A stretch of 64,000 nt of DNA from Sarea resinae (lineage: Eukaryota). The stretch spans positions 62,001-126,000 of the forward strand of contig JAPEUD010000012.1 in the NCBI GenBank assembly GCA_026026165.1. The letters are read 5' to 3'. Below are positions 63,163-64,000 of the stretch, in pieces. The translations under genes were made by a program, and so were the position numbers. Positions within the stretch are counted from its first letter, which is position 1, and each line of letters opens with the position of its first letter. The notes under the pieces are model-generated. The model had not been told where the DNA came from and made no database searches. It was given only the letters and a program-made list of their open reading frames with translations.

Positions 63163-64000
63163 GTTGATATGGTCTTACGACTCTGAGGGGATAGGTGGTT
63201 TTGAGGAAGAATCTCAGAGACGAGCAGGTGAGCGAGAAGGGGAGACAAAAGTGAGAGTTGAGTCCCTTATAAAATAGTAGAAGTGGTAATCTGATACTCT
63301 GAACAAAAATGGTACACCGGCAAGACACGAGCCTGTTATATAGGCGTCGCCATGAGCAAAGAAATGAATAGATCCTCCTGTTCGACGAAAACACCGCACA
63401 ACATTAAGGCCCCAAAACGGCTTAGTTCATCGCGGCCATTCGCCCTGAGCTTCAATGAAGCCCGTATTTCACTTAGGTTTGGGCTTCTGCCTTGGCCGTA
63501 GGATCGAACTAGAAGATCTCACTCAGATAATAGATGCATCACTGTACGTGACATCGTTCCGTCATCCATCTTGTTGTCCCTCTTGGCTTTGCGCTACCCG
63601 CTCCTCGCGCAGGGCACCCGAGTCAGCCTCGCAGGGTGATGGTCATCCCGTTCGGAGGAGAGCCAGTGGAGATATTCACGCCGTCCAAGCAGGGGTCTTG
63701 CTGGTCGGAAGATATAACATCTCAAACAGCAAGGCTGAGCCCCTCCGGCATTTCATCATCCCCAAGGGGTAAGGCTGAACGGGGCAGTGTCGTCCTGGTC
63801 GTCTCCAACTCGCTTACTCGGAGTCGTGCGGGTTGGGAACGGAATCAAGACACCGCTTCTGGAATCGCAATAGCTGATTCGCCAATTCGCCGTCATTTCT
63901 GCCGGTCTTTCGTACGACTCCTAACCGTCCAGGTATCCCCACACTTCCCGCGTCCCCAGGCAGCAGCAGCCCTACGGCAGTCTGCTGTCTGCTATCAAAA

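Noticed and set aside
1..64000. tRNA, rRNA, CRISPR array, intact transposon, telomeric repeats
   Set aside because: None recognised; repeats present are simple microsatellites without spacer structure.

Overview
Eukaryotic DNA from a filamentous ascomycete (Pezizomycotina-type short GT-AG introns with CTRAY branch sites). Left to right: partial 2H-phosphoesterase gene; divergent biotin pair bioF/bioDA with no adjacent bioB; an 8-exon DNMT5-type C5 DNA methyltransferase/SNF2/RING gene carrying a canonical PCNA-binding PIP box; a co-oriented JmjN+JmjC (KDM4-like) demethylase gene; a cytochrome P450; an RRM-type gene; a ~6 kb decayed, RIP-like island containing relics of Upf1-like SF1 helicase domain(s); ~10 kb without a recognisable gene upstream of a Zn2Cys6 transcription factor; a BPI/HAM1-like gene; malic enzyme (mitochondrial-type presequence plus PTS1 -SKL); a secreted Ser/Thr/Gly-rich protein with His- and Gly-Tyr-rich ends; and flotillin. 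Spacers between convergent genes are microsatellite-dense and flanked by GC-rich coding ends. The most interesting candidates are the PIP-box DNMT5 next to the KDM4-like gene and the decayed helicase island. All gene models and motif calls were made by eye; no searches were run.
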